A stretch of DNA of 64,000 bases from Bacteroidota bacterium (GTDB taxonomy: Bacteria; Bacteroidota; Bacteroidia; NS11-12g; UBA955), in NCBI GenBank assembly GCA_027488835.1, contig JAIYAW010000005.1:40307-104306 (forward strand), written 5' to 3'. Position numbers and translations under genes: made by a program. Positions 37,074-46,843 of the stretch are shown in pieces (within the stretch, counting starts at the first letter, position 1; every line of letters starts with the position of its first letter). The notes below the pieces were generated by a model. That model saw only the letters and a program-made list of their open reading frames with translations, was not told where the DNA came from and searched no databases.

Positions 37074-39566
37074 ATGAAAAAGGAAAAGCACATCATTCAA
37101 TCACTGTTGTTTTGGGTGTTTTTTCTAGTTTGTACATCGGTTGATGCGCAATACAGCGATTTTGTGAGGCCCGAAAAGGCAGTAAAAGGTTTTGATTATC
37201 ACATTCTTATCACGAGCAACAGTGATTTTAAATATTTAAAAGCGCATATTCCGCATTTTTTAAACATAGAAAAACTCAGAATTGATGGTCCGGTTGATGT
37301 GAATCTTCTGTCGGAGATTGCAGGGAAATTCGACAATTTGGAAGAATTGCAACTGCGACAGTTTCAAGGTATTATTTCGGATGTGGATCTAGAAAACATT
37401 GAATGGATTCCACTTGTGTATTTATATGTCCCTCAAAATAGAGAAGATGCATTGCTGTTAAACAATTATTGGAGTCGGTTTAACCGAATTTCGTTAGAAT
37501 TTGAAGTTGTTCCGGATCAATATGATTTCATGAAAACTTGGAAATCATGCAAAGAACTTCAAATTATTGCACCATGGACGAGATCGGAATTGGATACAGC
37601 CTTGCGTGAAATATCTAAATTGGTTCCCAAACTTCAAAAATTGTCGATTTCTGTAAATAATGTTGAATACCTAACCCAATCGATTCATCGATTTAATAAG
37701 TTAACGAGACTTACCTTAATAGATGCTGCTAGTTTGTCAACCGGAGTTCCAATTGAACTTTTAAATGAAATATTAACACCCGTGAAAATCGGCAACAAAG
37801 ATGTGAATTTGGTGTCGGGCGTGAATAAAACAGTTATCAACAAGGCCATTCATATGCCTTTGGTTTTTTTAACAAACAATACCGAGTTGTTAACTTCAGA
37901 ATTGAAACATATCAAAAAGATTTTCCCAGATGGGGAAGTGGTTCAAGATTTTGAATGGATTGAACCAGAACAAAAGTTAGATTTCGTAGAAAATTTGGGA
38001 TTTTCACCAATTAAAAACAGGGGTAACTTTCCCAATCCTATTTCCAAGCCATTGATAGAAGATTTCCAAGAAGGGACATTTTATTTTGAGGGAAACAACA
38101 AAAGCAACCAAATTTTCGAAGGTGAGAGAAAATGGGCCATATTGGTACCGAAAGGTGGCATTGTAAATGCATCCGGCGAGGAATACCTGAATAACTATAC
38201 CATTAAAGTGAAAGTGATGACGAATCAAGAACGACTTCTGGCTTATGCACCGAATTTGGTTTATGATTCGGCACAGCAGCTGTTTCAGCTAAATCCATCG
38301 TTTTTGTTCGACATACAGGCATTTGATGGGAAAGAACTTTTAAATATTAAACCGGGTTGTTTTGTGGAGGTACATTTTGTAGGGACATTGAATCAAAATG
38401 CACATTTCTATGCTTTGAAAAACCAGAAATGGGTACATTTCTACGAGTATGATTATTCATTTTCAGACGATCATTTGGCCAAAATTGATTTCTTTCAATT
38501 TTATCAAGCTTCCCAAAATGCCAAATTTACCGGTGGTTCAGATATAAGCAGCTTGGATGAAAAACTTGAAAATAAAGGGTACTACTATTTGCTTAAAGAG
38601 AATGAAACAAAAAGTTGGGTCATACCATTCAAAAATCAATACGTACAAAAAATATCAAAGATTGCCGACGAAAAAAGCTTTTTATTAAAAAGAGGCTCTT
38701 CCTTAATTGGTGTGAGAAACTTTGTTTCAGAAAGGCCTACAGAAAAAGGCCTTTATGAGCTGAGAATCTACGATAAAACCAAAAAGTTATTTCCAGAATT
38801 GAAATCATTTGAGAATTACCCTTTGGTTTTTAAAACCAATATGGCTAAGAAAGATGTTACCCTTCAGTTTTTTAAAGCCATGAAGTTTTTTGATGTACGC
38901 ATTAGAGAATTTGGAGTAGGTTATGCGTTGGAATTAAAATCAAACGAAGGATTGTGGCAAATTCAATTGTTAGAGCCCAAAGAGCGGTATAAAACCTCGC
39001 CTAGATTTGCAAAAAGCGAACAGAAGAAATTTTCAAGTAAAATACAAATGTATTTGTCTCTTAGGGGTGGTAAAATAAATGCGTTGGAAAGTACGCAAAA
39101 ATCAATTGCGTTGAATGAACTACAAGATTCCAAATCTGTCATTTTTGGGAGTAATAATATTCCAAAAGCCAAAATGAAACGCAGTTTTCTAATTCGCAGT
39201 TTTGGGCGATTTGCTTTTGCATCAGCCGATTCAATAGCCTCAGCCAAATTTGTTGAATTGATACCTTGCGAACCAGGTAAAATTCCTTTAAAAGTGAATC
39301 AATTTGTTGTGATTTATGATAACCCAATGTCGACCATTTGTTTGGGTAAATCGGATCGCTATAGCATCGACATTGCAGAAAGTAATCTTTTATACATTGC
39401 ATGTAAAGATGAGTTTGATCGTGTTTTTGTTCTAACCGGCGATAAATTCAGAAAACTAAATATTCAAAACAATACTTTGACTTATATAGATATGGTTCAA
39501 CTTCCTGAACAATTCTTGAGCCAAGAAATCATCCTTAACCTATTTAAAATCAAACGCAAAAATTAA
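37074..39566 (+). CDS. Secreted 830-aa hypothetical protein with N-terminal leucine-rich-repeat-like region
   Basis: Signal peptide (…LVCTSVDA-QY). Repeated LxxLxL segments (LEELQL, LQKLSI, LTRLTL) in the first approx 230 aa; the remainder is unassigned. Its stop overlaps the start of the symporter gene. Confidence 0.5.
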   Translation: MKKEKHIIQSLLFWVFFLVCTSVDAQYSDFVRPEKAVKGFDYHILITSNSDFKYLKAHIPHFLNIEKLRIDGPVDVNLLSEIAGKFDNLEELQLRQFQGIISDVDLENIEWIPLVYLYVPQNREDALLLNNYWSRFNRISLEFEVVPDQYDFMKTWKSCKELQIIAPWTRSELDTALREISKLVPKLQKLSISVNNVEYLTQSIHRFNKLTRLTLIDAASLSTGVPIELLNEILTPVKIGNKDVNLVSGVNKTVINKAIHMPLVFLTNNTELLTSELKHIKKIFPDGEVVQDFEWIEPEQKLDFVENLGFSPIKNRGNFPNPISKPLIEDFQEGTFYFEGNNKSNQIFEGERKWAILVPKGGIVNASGEEYLNNYTIKVKVMTNQERLLAYAPNLVYDSAQQLFQLNPSFLFDIQAFDGKELLNIKPGCFVEVHFVGTLNQNAHFYALKNQKWVHFYEYDYSFSDDHLAKIDFFQFYQASQNAKFTGGSDISSLDEKLENKGYYYLLKENETKSWVIPFKNQYVQKISKIADEKSFLLKRGSSLIGVRNFVSERPTEKGLYELRIYDKTKKLFPELKSFENYPLVFKTNMAKKDVTLQFFKAMKFFDVRIREFGVGYALELKSNEGLWQIQLLEPKERYKTSPRFAKSEQKKFSSKIQMYLSLRGGKINALESTQKSIALNELQDSKSVIFGSNNIPKAKMKRSFLIRSFGRFAFASADSIASAKFVELIPCEPGKIPLKVNQFVVIYDNPMSTICLGKSDRYSIDIAESNLLYIACKDEFDRVFVLTGDKFRKLNIQNNTLTYIDMVQLPEQFLSQEIILNLFKIKRKN

Positions 39567-41059
39567 TGTCTCCGCTACTTATATTTATAGGACTCGCTAG
39601 TTACTTTTTAATTCTCCTTTCAATTGGCTATTTCACGAGTAAATCAGGCGGTGAGGATGGATATTTCTTAGGTAATAAACAAAGTATTTGGTGGCTTGTA
39701 GCAATTGGAATGCTTTCAGACTCTATGAGTGGGGTTAGCTTTATTTCTGTACCCGGGAATGTTTTTGCTGCTAAGTTTTACTATTTGCAAGTGGTTCTTG
39801 GTTATGTCATTGGTTATTTGGTTATTGCCTATATTTTATTGCCTTTATACTACAAACACAATGTAACAAGTATTTATAGTTATTTAAATACCCGATTTGG
39901 AACCATTCATCAAAAAACGGGTGCCTTATTTTTTGTATTGTCGCGATTAACGGGTAGTGCAGGTCGGTTGTTTTTAACTGCAGCAATTTTGCAAAAGTTT
40001 TTATTCTCACAATGGGATATTCCATTTGTGATTACAGTTGCCTTTATCATTGGGCTAATTTTGGCATACACCATTAAAGGAGGAATTAGAACATTGGTTT
40101 TTACCGATGCTTTGCAGAGTGTATTTTTGGTTGGAGGACTTTTGGTGTGTATTGCAATTATGATTTCCAAAACACCTTCGGTGGTAAATCAAGGTGCATT
40201 TAATGTTGTAGCTGATTCGGAATTGTCACAAATATTTAATTTTAATTTTTGGCAAAAAACCTTCGTCTTAAAACAAATTATTGGAGGGATGTTTTTATGC
40301 ATTGCCATGACAGGACTCGATCAAAATATGATGCAGAAAAACCTTAGCTGTAAGTCCTTGGGCGAAGCCCAAAAGAACATGCTAACAACTGCTGGTGTTG
40401 TGTTTTTTGTGAATTTATTATTCCTTTCATTGGGAATTTTCATGATAGAATATTTGAAATCAGTGGATCCAGTTTTGTTAGATCCTAACCACTACGCCGA
40501 TAAAAAAGTACTCACAGATATGTTTTTTCCTCATATTGCCTTGGATTTACTTGGACCAATTGCGGGAATGGCATTTGTACTGGGGTTATCAGCCGCAACT
40601 TTTTCAAGTGCAGATAGTGTTTTAACAACCTTAACAACAAGCACATATATTGATGTTTTGGGAATAGATAGTAGAGAAGATTTAACTATAGAACAAAAGC
40701 ACAAGAGAAGGGTACTCTTGCACATTGCATTCTCGGTGTTGCTATTAATGGCAATATTGGTTTTTTACGCATTTGTAAAAACCACGGTAATCAATTTGGT
40801 ATTAGACATTGCAAATTATACCTATGGTCCATTGTTGGGTTTGTTTACATTGGGTATATTTACCAAAGCCAAACCCAAAGGGTGGGGCGTTTTGATTATT
40901 AGTTTATTGGCTCCTTTGCTGTGCTACTTTTTGGTAAATTACATAGCAAAAGATGCCAAATACCAAATAGGATATGAATTGTTGCTCATTAATGGTTCGA
41001 TTTCGTTTATTGGTTATTACCTATTGCATTACTTTCAAAACAAACGCGAATTGCAGTAA
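39566..41059 (+). CDS. Sodium:solute symporter (SSS) family transporter
   Basis: Approx 13 predicted TM helices with SSS-family segments; 497 aa. ATGA-type overlap with the upstream gene. Confidence 0.85.
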   Translation: MSPLLIFIGLASYFLILLSIGYFTSKSGGEDGYFLGNKQSIWWLVAIGMLSDSMSGVSFISVPGNVFAAKFYYLQVVLGYVIGYLVIAYILLPLYYKHNVTSIYSYLNTRFGTIHQKTGALFFVLSRLTGSAGRLFLTAAILQKFLFSQWDIPFVITVAFIIGLILAYTIKGGIRTLVFTDALQSVFLVGGLLVCIAIMISKTPSVVNQGAFNVVADSELSQIFNFNFWQKTFVLKQIIGGMFLCIAMTGLDQNMMQKNLSCKSLGEAQKNMLTTAGVVFFVNLLFLSLGIFMIEYLKSVDPVLLDPNHYADKKVLTDMFFPHIALDLLGPIAGMAFVLGLSAATFSSADSVLTTLTTSTYIDVLGIDSREDLTIEQKHKRRVLLHIAFSVLLLMAILVFYAFVKTTVINLVLDIANYTYGPLLGLFTLGIFTKAKPKGWGVLIISLLAPLLCYFLVNYIAKDAKYQIGYELLLINGSISFIGYYLLHYFQNKRELQ

Positions 41060-41091
41060 TTGATTGACGCTAAGCTAACTGCTGCGCCTTT

Positions 41092-41222
41092 TTAGAAGCA
41101 TTGCTTGCGTTTGGATGAACTCTCATTTAGTTTTTAAAAGCACTGCATGCGTTTAGAAGAGCTTCACTCGTTTAGTGTTTAGAAGCATGCGTGTGTTGAG
41201 AAGAGCTTCACTCGTCTAGTTT
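41092..41222. repeat. Imperfect tandem repeat, approx 44 bp x 3
   Basis: Units tttagaagcattgcttgcgtttggatgaactctcatttagtt / tttaaaagcactgcatgcgtttagaagagcttcactcgtttagtg / tttagaagcatgcgtgtgttgagaagagcttcactcgtctagtt. The 16-mer gaagagcttcactcgt is exact in units 2 and 3. Confidence 0.8.
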
Positions 41223-41240
41223 AAAGGTTAATTAGAGCAA

Positions 41241-41580
41241 AACAACCTTTATAATCACTCATCAACCTTCATAAACCCTTATAATTACTCATAAACGTTT
41301 ATAAACCTTAGAATTCCCCTAGCAAACCAACCTTCATAAACCCTTATAATCACTCATAAACGTTTATAAACCCTAAAATTCTCCTAGCAAACCAACCTTC
41401 ATAAACCCTTATAATCGCTCTTAAACGTTTATAAACCCTAAAATTCTCCTAACAAACCAACCTTCATAAACCCTTATAATTACTCATAAACGTTTATAAA
41501 CCCTAAAATTCTCCTAGCAAACCAACCTTCATAAACCCTTATAATCACTCATAAACGTTTATAAACCTTAGAATTACCGA
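41241..41580. repeat. Tandem direct repeat, 65-bp unit in about 5.2 copies, in a convergent intergenic region
   Basis: The motif caaccttcataaacccttataat(c/t)actcataaacgtttataaaccctaaaattctcctagcaaac recurs at 41263, 41328, 41393, 41458 and 41523, an exact 65-bp period. Copies differ by only 1-4 substitutions, and a truncated copy lies at each end. Confidence 0.9.
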
Positions 41581-41581
41581 C

Positions 41582-42979
41582 TTACATGTACCCCAAAGTT
41601 TTGAGCATACTCTTATAACTTTGTTCTTTTGAAAATAAGCGGAAATAATAATCGCCGTTTTCATCGCGGTCAATGATTACATGTTTGGGTGCAGGGGTTA
41701 AACAATGTTGAATACCACCATAACCGCCAATACTCTCCTGATACGCACCTGTATGAAAGAATCCAATGTAAAGTGGGTCCTCGGCATCATATTTGGGTAA
41801 GTAAATGGCATTGACATGTTGTTCAGAGTTGTAGTAGTCATCACTATCACAAGTAATTCCACCTAGAAGTACCCTTTCTTGTTCCTCTTCCCAACGGTTA
41901 ACTGGAAGCATTATAAACTTCTTGTTGATTGCCCATGCATCTGGTAATTGTGTCATAAAGCTAGAGTCAATCATGTTCCATTTTTCCCTGTCGTTTTGTG
42001 ACTTCTGGTCAAGTACACTGAATACCGCTCCACCTGCTTCACCTACAGTGAATGAACCAAACTCAGTAAAGATATCGGGTTCTGGTATCTGATTTTCTAC
42101 ACAAACTTGTTTGATTTGGCTAACGATTTCGTTTGCCATGTATTCGTAGTCGTACTCAAAGTTTAAGGTGTTCTTGATAGGGAAACCTCCTCCAATATTG
42201 AGGGTATCTAGGTCTGGGCATTCTTTTTTTAGCTCACAATAAACTTTCAAACACTTATGTAATTCATTCCAATAGTAAGCGGTATCGTAAATGCCTGTAT
42301 TGATAAAAAAGTGAAGCATTTTTAATTTCACATTCTTATTCTTTTTTATAACGTTTCTATAGAATGGCACTATGTCTTTATATCCAATGCCTAATCTACT
42401 TGTATAGAATTCAAACTTAGGTTCTTCTTCCGCCGCAATGCGTATACCACAGGTTATTTGTTTATCAGTATGCTCAAGTAACTCACTTAACTCTCTTTGG
42501 TTGTCAAATACTGGAATTACATTTGTCCAATCATTATTGATAAGGTTGGCTATGTTCTCGAGATAGTTTTCTCTTTTAAAACCGTTACATACAACGTAGC
42601 TATCTTTACTTACTTTGCCTTGCTCATAAAGTGTTTCAATGATGTTTATATCAAAGGCGGATGATGTTTCTAAGTGTACATTGTTTTTTAGTACTTCGTC
42701 AAGTGTATGTTGGAAGTGGTTGCTTTTGGTGCAATAACAATAGAAGTATTTGCCTTGGTATTCTGCCTTTGCAATTGCCACGTTGAACCAAGAACGAGCT
42801 TTCTTAATGTTCTCACTTATCTTCGGTAAGTAAGTAAATTTTAAGGGTGTTCCATATTGGCGTATTAGATCCATTAAAGGTATTTCATGGAACTCAAGAT
42901 GTCCATTATCGTCTAAATCAAATTCTGAAGTTGGGAAATCAAAAGTTTGTTTAATTAAGTCGATATATTTATTTTTCAT
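41582..42979 (-). CDS. speA: PLP-dependent fold-III decarboxylase, most likely a short-form biosynthetic arginine decarboxylase (SpeA-like)
   Basis: NIGGGFPI glycine-rich motif and HTGAYQESIGGYGGIQHCL near the C-terminus, as in Orn/Lys/Arg decarboxylases and SpeA; 465 aa. Substrate assignment is inferred. Confidence 0.6.
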   Translation of the reverse strand: MKNKYIDLIKQTFDFPTSEFDLDDNGHLEFHEIPLMDLIRQYGTPLKFTYLPKISENIKKARSWFNVAIAKAEYQGKYFYCYCTKSNHFQHTLDEVLKNNVHLETSSAFDINIIETLYEQGKVSKDSYVVCNGFKRENYLENIANLINNDWTNVIPVFDNQRELSELLEHTDKQITCGIRIAAEEEPKFEFYTSRLGIGYKDIVPFYRNVIKKNKNVKLKMLHFFINTGIYDTAYYWNELHKCLKVYCELKKECPDLDTLNIGGGFPIKNTLNFEYDYEYMANEIVSQIKQVCVENQIPEPDIFTEFGSFTVGEAGGAVFSVLDQKSQNDREKWNMIDSSFMTQLPDAWAINKKFIMLPVNRWEEEQERVLLGGITCDSDDYYNSEQHVNAIYLPKYDAEDPLYIGFFHTGAYQESIGGYGGIQHCLTPAPKHVIIDRDENGDYYFRLFSKEQSYKSMLKTLGYM

Positions 42980-43090
42980 TGTTGTAAGTTACTTAGATTG
43001 TAATTTTTTTACAAATGTAATGTAGTTGGATTGATTTTTTTAATTAATTGTAGATGTTTTGCATAAAAAAAATGTAGTTTTTTTTCGTAT

Positions 43091-43124
43091 TTGTCGCGAA
43101 TTTCTTTTGAGCGCATTAACTTTG
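43091..43124 (+). promoter_or_regulatory. Putative Bacteroidetes sigma-A promoter for mdh (-33 TTG ... -7 TAACTTTG)
   Basis: TAACTTTG at 43117-43124 matches the Bacteroidetes -7 consensus TAnnTTTG. A TTG lies 23 nt upstream. It is 28 nt upstream of the mdh ATG. Confidence 0.3.
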
Positions 43125-43151
43125 TGCAAACCCAAGAAAATTAGACATAAC

Positions 43152-44075
43152 ATGAGTAAAGTAAGTATTATTGGCGCCGGTAACGTAGGTGCAAGTTGCG
43201 CAGAATACATCGCGATGAAGAATTTTGCTGCAGAGGTAGTTTTATTAGACATTAAAGAGAACTTCGCAGAAGGTAAAGCGTTAGATTTGATGCAAACAGC
43301 TGCGTTAAATGGTTTTGATACTAGAATTTCTGGTAGCACCAATGATTATTCAAAGACTGCAAATAGCGATGTGATAGTTATTACATCAGGTATTCCCCGT
43401 AAGCCAGGCATGACTCGTGAGGAGTTAATTGGTATAAATGCCGGTATTGTGAATACAGTTATGGGAAATTGCATGGAACATTCACCAAATGCAGTAATTG
43501 TAATTGTTTCTAATCCAATGGATACAATGACGTATCTGGCCAAAACAACTTCGGGTTTGGCTAAAAATAGAATTATCGGTATGGGTGGTGCCTTAGATAG
43601 CGCTCGTTTTAAGTATTATTTGTCAACGGCCTTAGGATGTCCTGCATCTGATGTAGATGGAATGGTTATTGGCGGACATGGCGACACTACAATGATACCT
43701 TTAACTAGAATGGCTTCATACAAGGGTGTTCCAGTTTCTAATTTTTTAAGTGCTGAAGTTCTAGATAAAGTAAAAGCGGACACAATGGTTGGTGGGGCTA
43801 CTTTAACAGGTATGTTGGGTACTTCTGCTTGGTATGCACCTGGTGCAGCAGTATCTGTATTGGTACAAAGTATCGTTTGTGATCAAAAGAAAATGATGCC
43901 TTGTTGTGTTGCTTTGGATGGTGAATATGGACAAAGCGATATTTGTATTGGAGTTCCAGTAATTCTCGGCAAAAGTGGTTGGGAGAAAATTATAAATTTG
44001 GATTTGAATGACAGTGAAAAAGCTGAGTTCGAAAAAAGTGCAGCTGCAGTGCGTAGTATGAACGCTGCTTTATAA
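43152..44075 (+). CDS. mdh: Malate dehydrogenase (LDH-like family)
   Basis: MSKVSIIGAGNVG Rossmann N-terminus and GIPRKPGMTR substrate loop. The track ORF extends to 43059, but the ATG at 43152 gives the canonical N-terminus. Confidence 0.92.
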   Translation: MSKVSIIGAGNVGASCAEYIAMKNFAAEVVLLDIKENFAEGKALDLMQTAALNGFDTRISGSTNDYSKTANSDVIVITSGIPRKPGMTREELIGINAGIVNTVMGNCMEHSPNAVIVIVSNPMDTMTYLAKTTSGLAKNRIIGMGGALDSARFKYYLSTALGCPASDVDGMVIGGHGDTTMIPLTRMASYKGVPVSNFLSAEVLDKVKADTMVGGATLTGMLGTSAWYAPGAAVSVLVQSIVCDQKKMMPCCVALDGEYGQSDICIGVPVILGKSGWEKIINLDLNDSEKAEFEKSAAAVRSMNAAL

Positions 44076-44134
44076 ATTAAATAACATTTAATTGCGGTGA
44101 ATCTCATGAACATGAGAGAAAATCGCTAAAATTT

Positions 44135-44196
44135 ACTGCCGTGCGTTTGGTTACAAAGTGTCAAAACACTTGAAACTACGCCACGGCAGTTTTTTA
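44135..44196 (+). terminator. Rho-independent terminator after mdh (compound hairpin plus T-tract)
   Basis: actgccgtg (44135-44143) pairs with cacggcagt (44182-44190), followed by tttttt. An inner hairpin aagtg/cactt sits in the loop, and a small upstream hairpin ctcatg-aa-catgag lies at 44103-44116. Confidence 0.65.
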
Positions 44197-44226
44197 TTAA
44201 TCCACAACCCAATTCGCCCATAAAAA

Positions 44227-45081
44227 ATGTCTAAAGGAATTCTATACATGCTCATTGCTTCCATTGCTTTTGGATTCATGAACCTATCTGTGAAGATGAT
44301 GGGAGAGATGCATGTTTCTCAAATCGTTTTCTTTAGGGCAGTGGTGCAAATAGTGTTGGGATTGGCTTTACTTATTCAGCAACGGCAAAGTCCTTTCGGG
44401 AAAAACCCTAAAATGCTCTTGATGAGAGGCTTTTTCGGATCAATGGGATTGCTCTGTTACTTTTATACTTTGCAAATAATGCCTTTGGGAAATGCAATTG
44501 TAATTCATTATTTGTCGCCAATTCTCACAACCTTACTGGCCTTTGCGTTGGGCGATGAAATTGTAAAACCCCGTCAATGGTGGTTTTTTGGATTGTCATT
44601 TTTAGGCGTGGTTGTTGTAAATGGTTTATCAAGTCACGTAACTTGGTTTGGCATTATTGCGGGATTGGGTGGCGCTGTATTTTCTGCGTTTGCATATAAT
44701 ACCATTCGTAGATTAAAGGGAATCGAAAACCCGAATGTTGTTGTATTTTATTTTCCATTGGTAACCTTGCCATTGTCGATGTTATATCCAGCGTTCGTAA
44801 ACGACGCCTGGCGGATGCCCATACAGAATGAATGGTTATGGCTATTGGTTACAGGTATTGCAACTCAAATTGGTCAATTTTTTATGACCCGTGCCTATCA
44901 GGAAGATGCAACAAGTAGGGTTTCAGCAATTAGTTATGCAGGAGTGATTTGGGCAACAGCAATAGGTGTGTTTATTTTTGCTGAAAATTATTCAGTCTGG
45001 CAATTTGTAGGAATTGCGTTGGTATTAACTGGGATGATTTTGAATTTGATATTCACGAAATCAAGTCCCTCAAAAACATAA
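44227..45081 (+). CDS. DMT-superfamily (EamA-like) transporter
   Basis: Ten hydrophobic helices in two EamA-like halves; 284 aa. Confidence 0.8.
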   Translation: MSKGILYMLIASIAFGFMNLSVKMMGEMHVSQIVFFRAVVQIVLGLALLIQQRQSPFGKNPKMLLMRGFFGSMGLLCYFYTLQIMPLGNAIVIHYLSPILTTLLAFALGDEIVKPRQWWFFGLSFLGVVVVNGLSSHVTWFGIIAGLGGAVFSAFAYNTIRRLKGIENPNVVVFYFPLVTLPLSMLYPAFVNDAWRMPIQNEWLWLLVTGIATQIGQFFMTRAYQEDATSRVSAISYAGVIWATAIGVFIFAENYSVWQFVGIALVLTGMILNLIFTKSSPSKT

Positions 45082-45100
45082 AAATTAAAGTAAAATAGAA

Positions 45101-45637
45101 ATGGATCAGAGTTTTAGTTTGCAAGATTTATATGAAGATAGGTTGGAAACCCAACGTATTTCGACTCGTTTTTTAAGCCGATATGATGTTGAGGCATGGG
45201 CGGAATTTTTCGAAAACGATGCTACCTTTGAGTTTTTACTCGAACGCAACGGCAAAACGAATATTGAAATGTCGGAAGATTGGATAAAACACCAATTACA
45301 ACGCTACGATAGCGGAACATTTGGCTTGCAAGCCATTATAGATCGAAAATCAAAAAAAATGGTTGGTCAATGCGGTTTGTTGTTACAAAAAGTGGATAAC
45401 AAACTTGAAATTGAAGTGGGTTATCATTTCATTCAAAAATATTGGGGGATGGGGTACGCCACCGAGGCTGCCACATTGTTTGTAGATTTTGCAATTGAAA
45501 ATCAGTTGGCACAATCTGTCATCGCAATGATTCACCCGAATAATTTAAAGTCGATTCGCGTTGCTGAAAAAATCAACATGAAATTCGATTTTGAAACCGA
45601 ATTCAACAGTGAAACTGTGAAGGTTTACAGAAGTTAA
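45101..45637 (+). CDS. GNAT-family N-acetyltransferase
   Basis: Acetyl-CoA-binding segment QCGLLLQKVD...EVGYHFIQKYWGMGYATEA (RimJ/RimL-like); 178 aa. Confidence 0.75.
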   Translation: MDQSFSLQDLYEDRLETQRISTRFLSRYDVEAWAEFFENDATFEFLLERNGKTNIEMSEDWIKHQLQRYDSGTFGLQAIIDRKSKKMVGQCGLLLQKVDNKLEIEVGYHFIQKYWGMGYATEAATLFVDFAIENQLAQSVIAMIHPNNLKSIRVAEKINMKFDFETEFNSETVKVYRS

Positions 45638-45652
45638 TTTATTTATAATTCC

Positions 45653-46795
45653 TTAGGAAGCGGGAGTGTAGTTGTCGTAAATCCAATGTAGGATATGGCG
45701 TTCAACCTCGTTGAATTCTTTGCTTCTACGAACCATAACCAACTGAGCGGTTTTTTCAACGGCAGGCATTTGGTGAGGTACAAATCCTGAGGCACCGCCC
45801 CATGAAAAATCAGGGACAAATTGTCGTGGGAAACCAGCGCCAAATAAGTTACAAGCGACTCCAACCACGGTTCCGGTATTAAACATGGTATTGATTCCAC
45901 ATTTGCTGTGATCACCCATGATTAAACCGCAAAATTGCTGTCCTGAGCGTTCAAATTTACCTGTGGCATAATTCCAAACTTTTACTTCGTCGTAAGTGTT
46001 TTTCAAGTTACTACAATTGGTGTCCGCGCCAATGTTGCACCATTCCCCTAAAACTGCATTTCCTAAAAACCCATCATGGCCTTTATTGGAATAACCATGC
46101 ATTACAATGTTGTTTACTTCTCCTCCCACGTTACAATAAGGGCCGAGGGTAGTGGCTCCGTATACTTTGGTTCCTAATTTCAATTTTGCGCCTTCGCACA
46201 TAGCCAAAGGTCCTCGTATCATAGATCCTTCCATGATTTCAGCATTTTTACCAACATAGATAGGCCCGTCGTTGGTATTGAGTGTAGCACATTCTACCGA
46301 TGCTCCTTCTTCAAGGAATACGGTGTGCTTACCAAAAACGGTATTTGAGTTTGAAATGTTTTCAGATTTTCTACCTGCTGTGAGAAGTTCAAAATCGGCA
46401 AGTATTTCTTGGTGGTTTAATTTAAAAATATGAAAAGGTCTTTCAATGAGTGAAATGTCACCATCAAATTCAATGTTGTGTGATATCTGTCCTTTTGCTG
46501 CCAATAAAACTTTTTGGTGATAAAGTGCTTGTCCTTCAGTTAAATTCATAATAGATTGAACCAAAGGTTTATTAGGGAGCAAGTGACCGTTGATATAAAG
46601 ATCAGGGTTTTCCAACAAAGTGAATTTCTGAGAAAGGTGGTCTCTGGTTTCGAATCCCAAATATGTAGCACCGAGGTGTTTTTGCCATTTTTCTGCAATT
46701 GTTAATATGCCTATGCGCAAATCCGCGGCAGGTCTCGTTAACGTAAGTGGGTATAAATTGGCAATGGATTCGGATTCAAACAGATTCAATTTCAT
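45653..46795 (-). CDS. Putative sugar nucleotidyltransferase-like protein with C-terminal left-handed beta-helix (GlmU-like family)
   Basis: N-terminal NTP-transferase-like LYPLTLTRPAADLRIG. C-terminal hexapeptide-repeat region (VGKNAEIMEGSMIRGP..., IGADTNCSN...). Confidence 0.65.
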   Translation of the reverse strand: MKLNLFESESIANLYPLTLTRPAADLRIGILTIAEKWQKHLGATYLGFETRDHLSQKFTLLENPDLYINGHLLPNKPLVQSIMNLTEGQALYHQKVLLAAKGQISHNIEFDGDISLIERPFHIFKLNHQEILADFELLTAGRKSENISNSNTVFGKHTVFLEEGASVECATLNTNDGPIYVGKNAEIMEGSMIRGPLAMCEGAKLKLGTKVYGATTLGPYCNVGGEVNNIVMHGYSNKGHDGFLGNAVLGEWCNIGADTNCSNLKNTYDEVKVWNYATGKFERSGQQFCGLIMGDHSKCGINTMFNTGTVVGVACNLFGAGFPRQFVPDFSWGGASGFVPHQMPAVEKTAQLVMVRRSKEFNEVERHILHWIYDNYTPAS

Positions 46796-46843
46796 ACTTA
46801 CAAAGTTAGTTTTAAAATTGATTGAGTGTATGTAAAAAGCACA

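Noticed and set aside
41241-41580. Possible CRISPR array (regular approx 65-bp periodicity)
   Set aside because: Whole 65-bp units are near-identical. No unique spacer segments alternate with the repeats, and there are no cas genes nearby. It is a plain tandem direct repeat.
43059-43151. 5' extension of the mdh ORF (MHKKNVVFFRICREF...)
   Set aside because: The canonical MDH Rossmann N-terminus begins at the ATG at 43152. The extension also covers the promoter-like TAACTTTG element.
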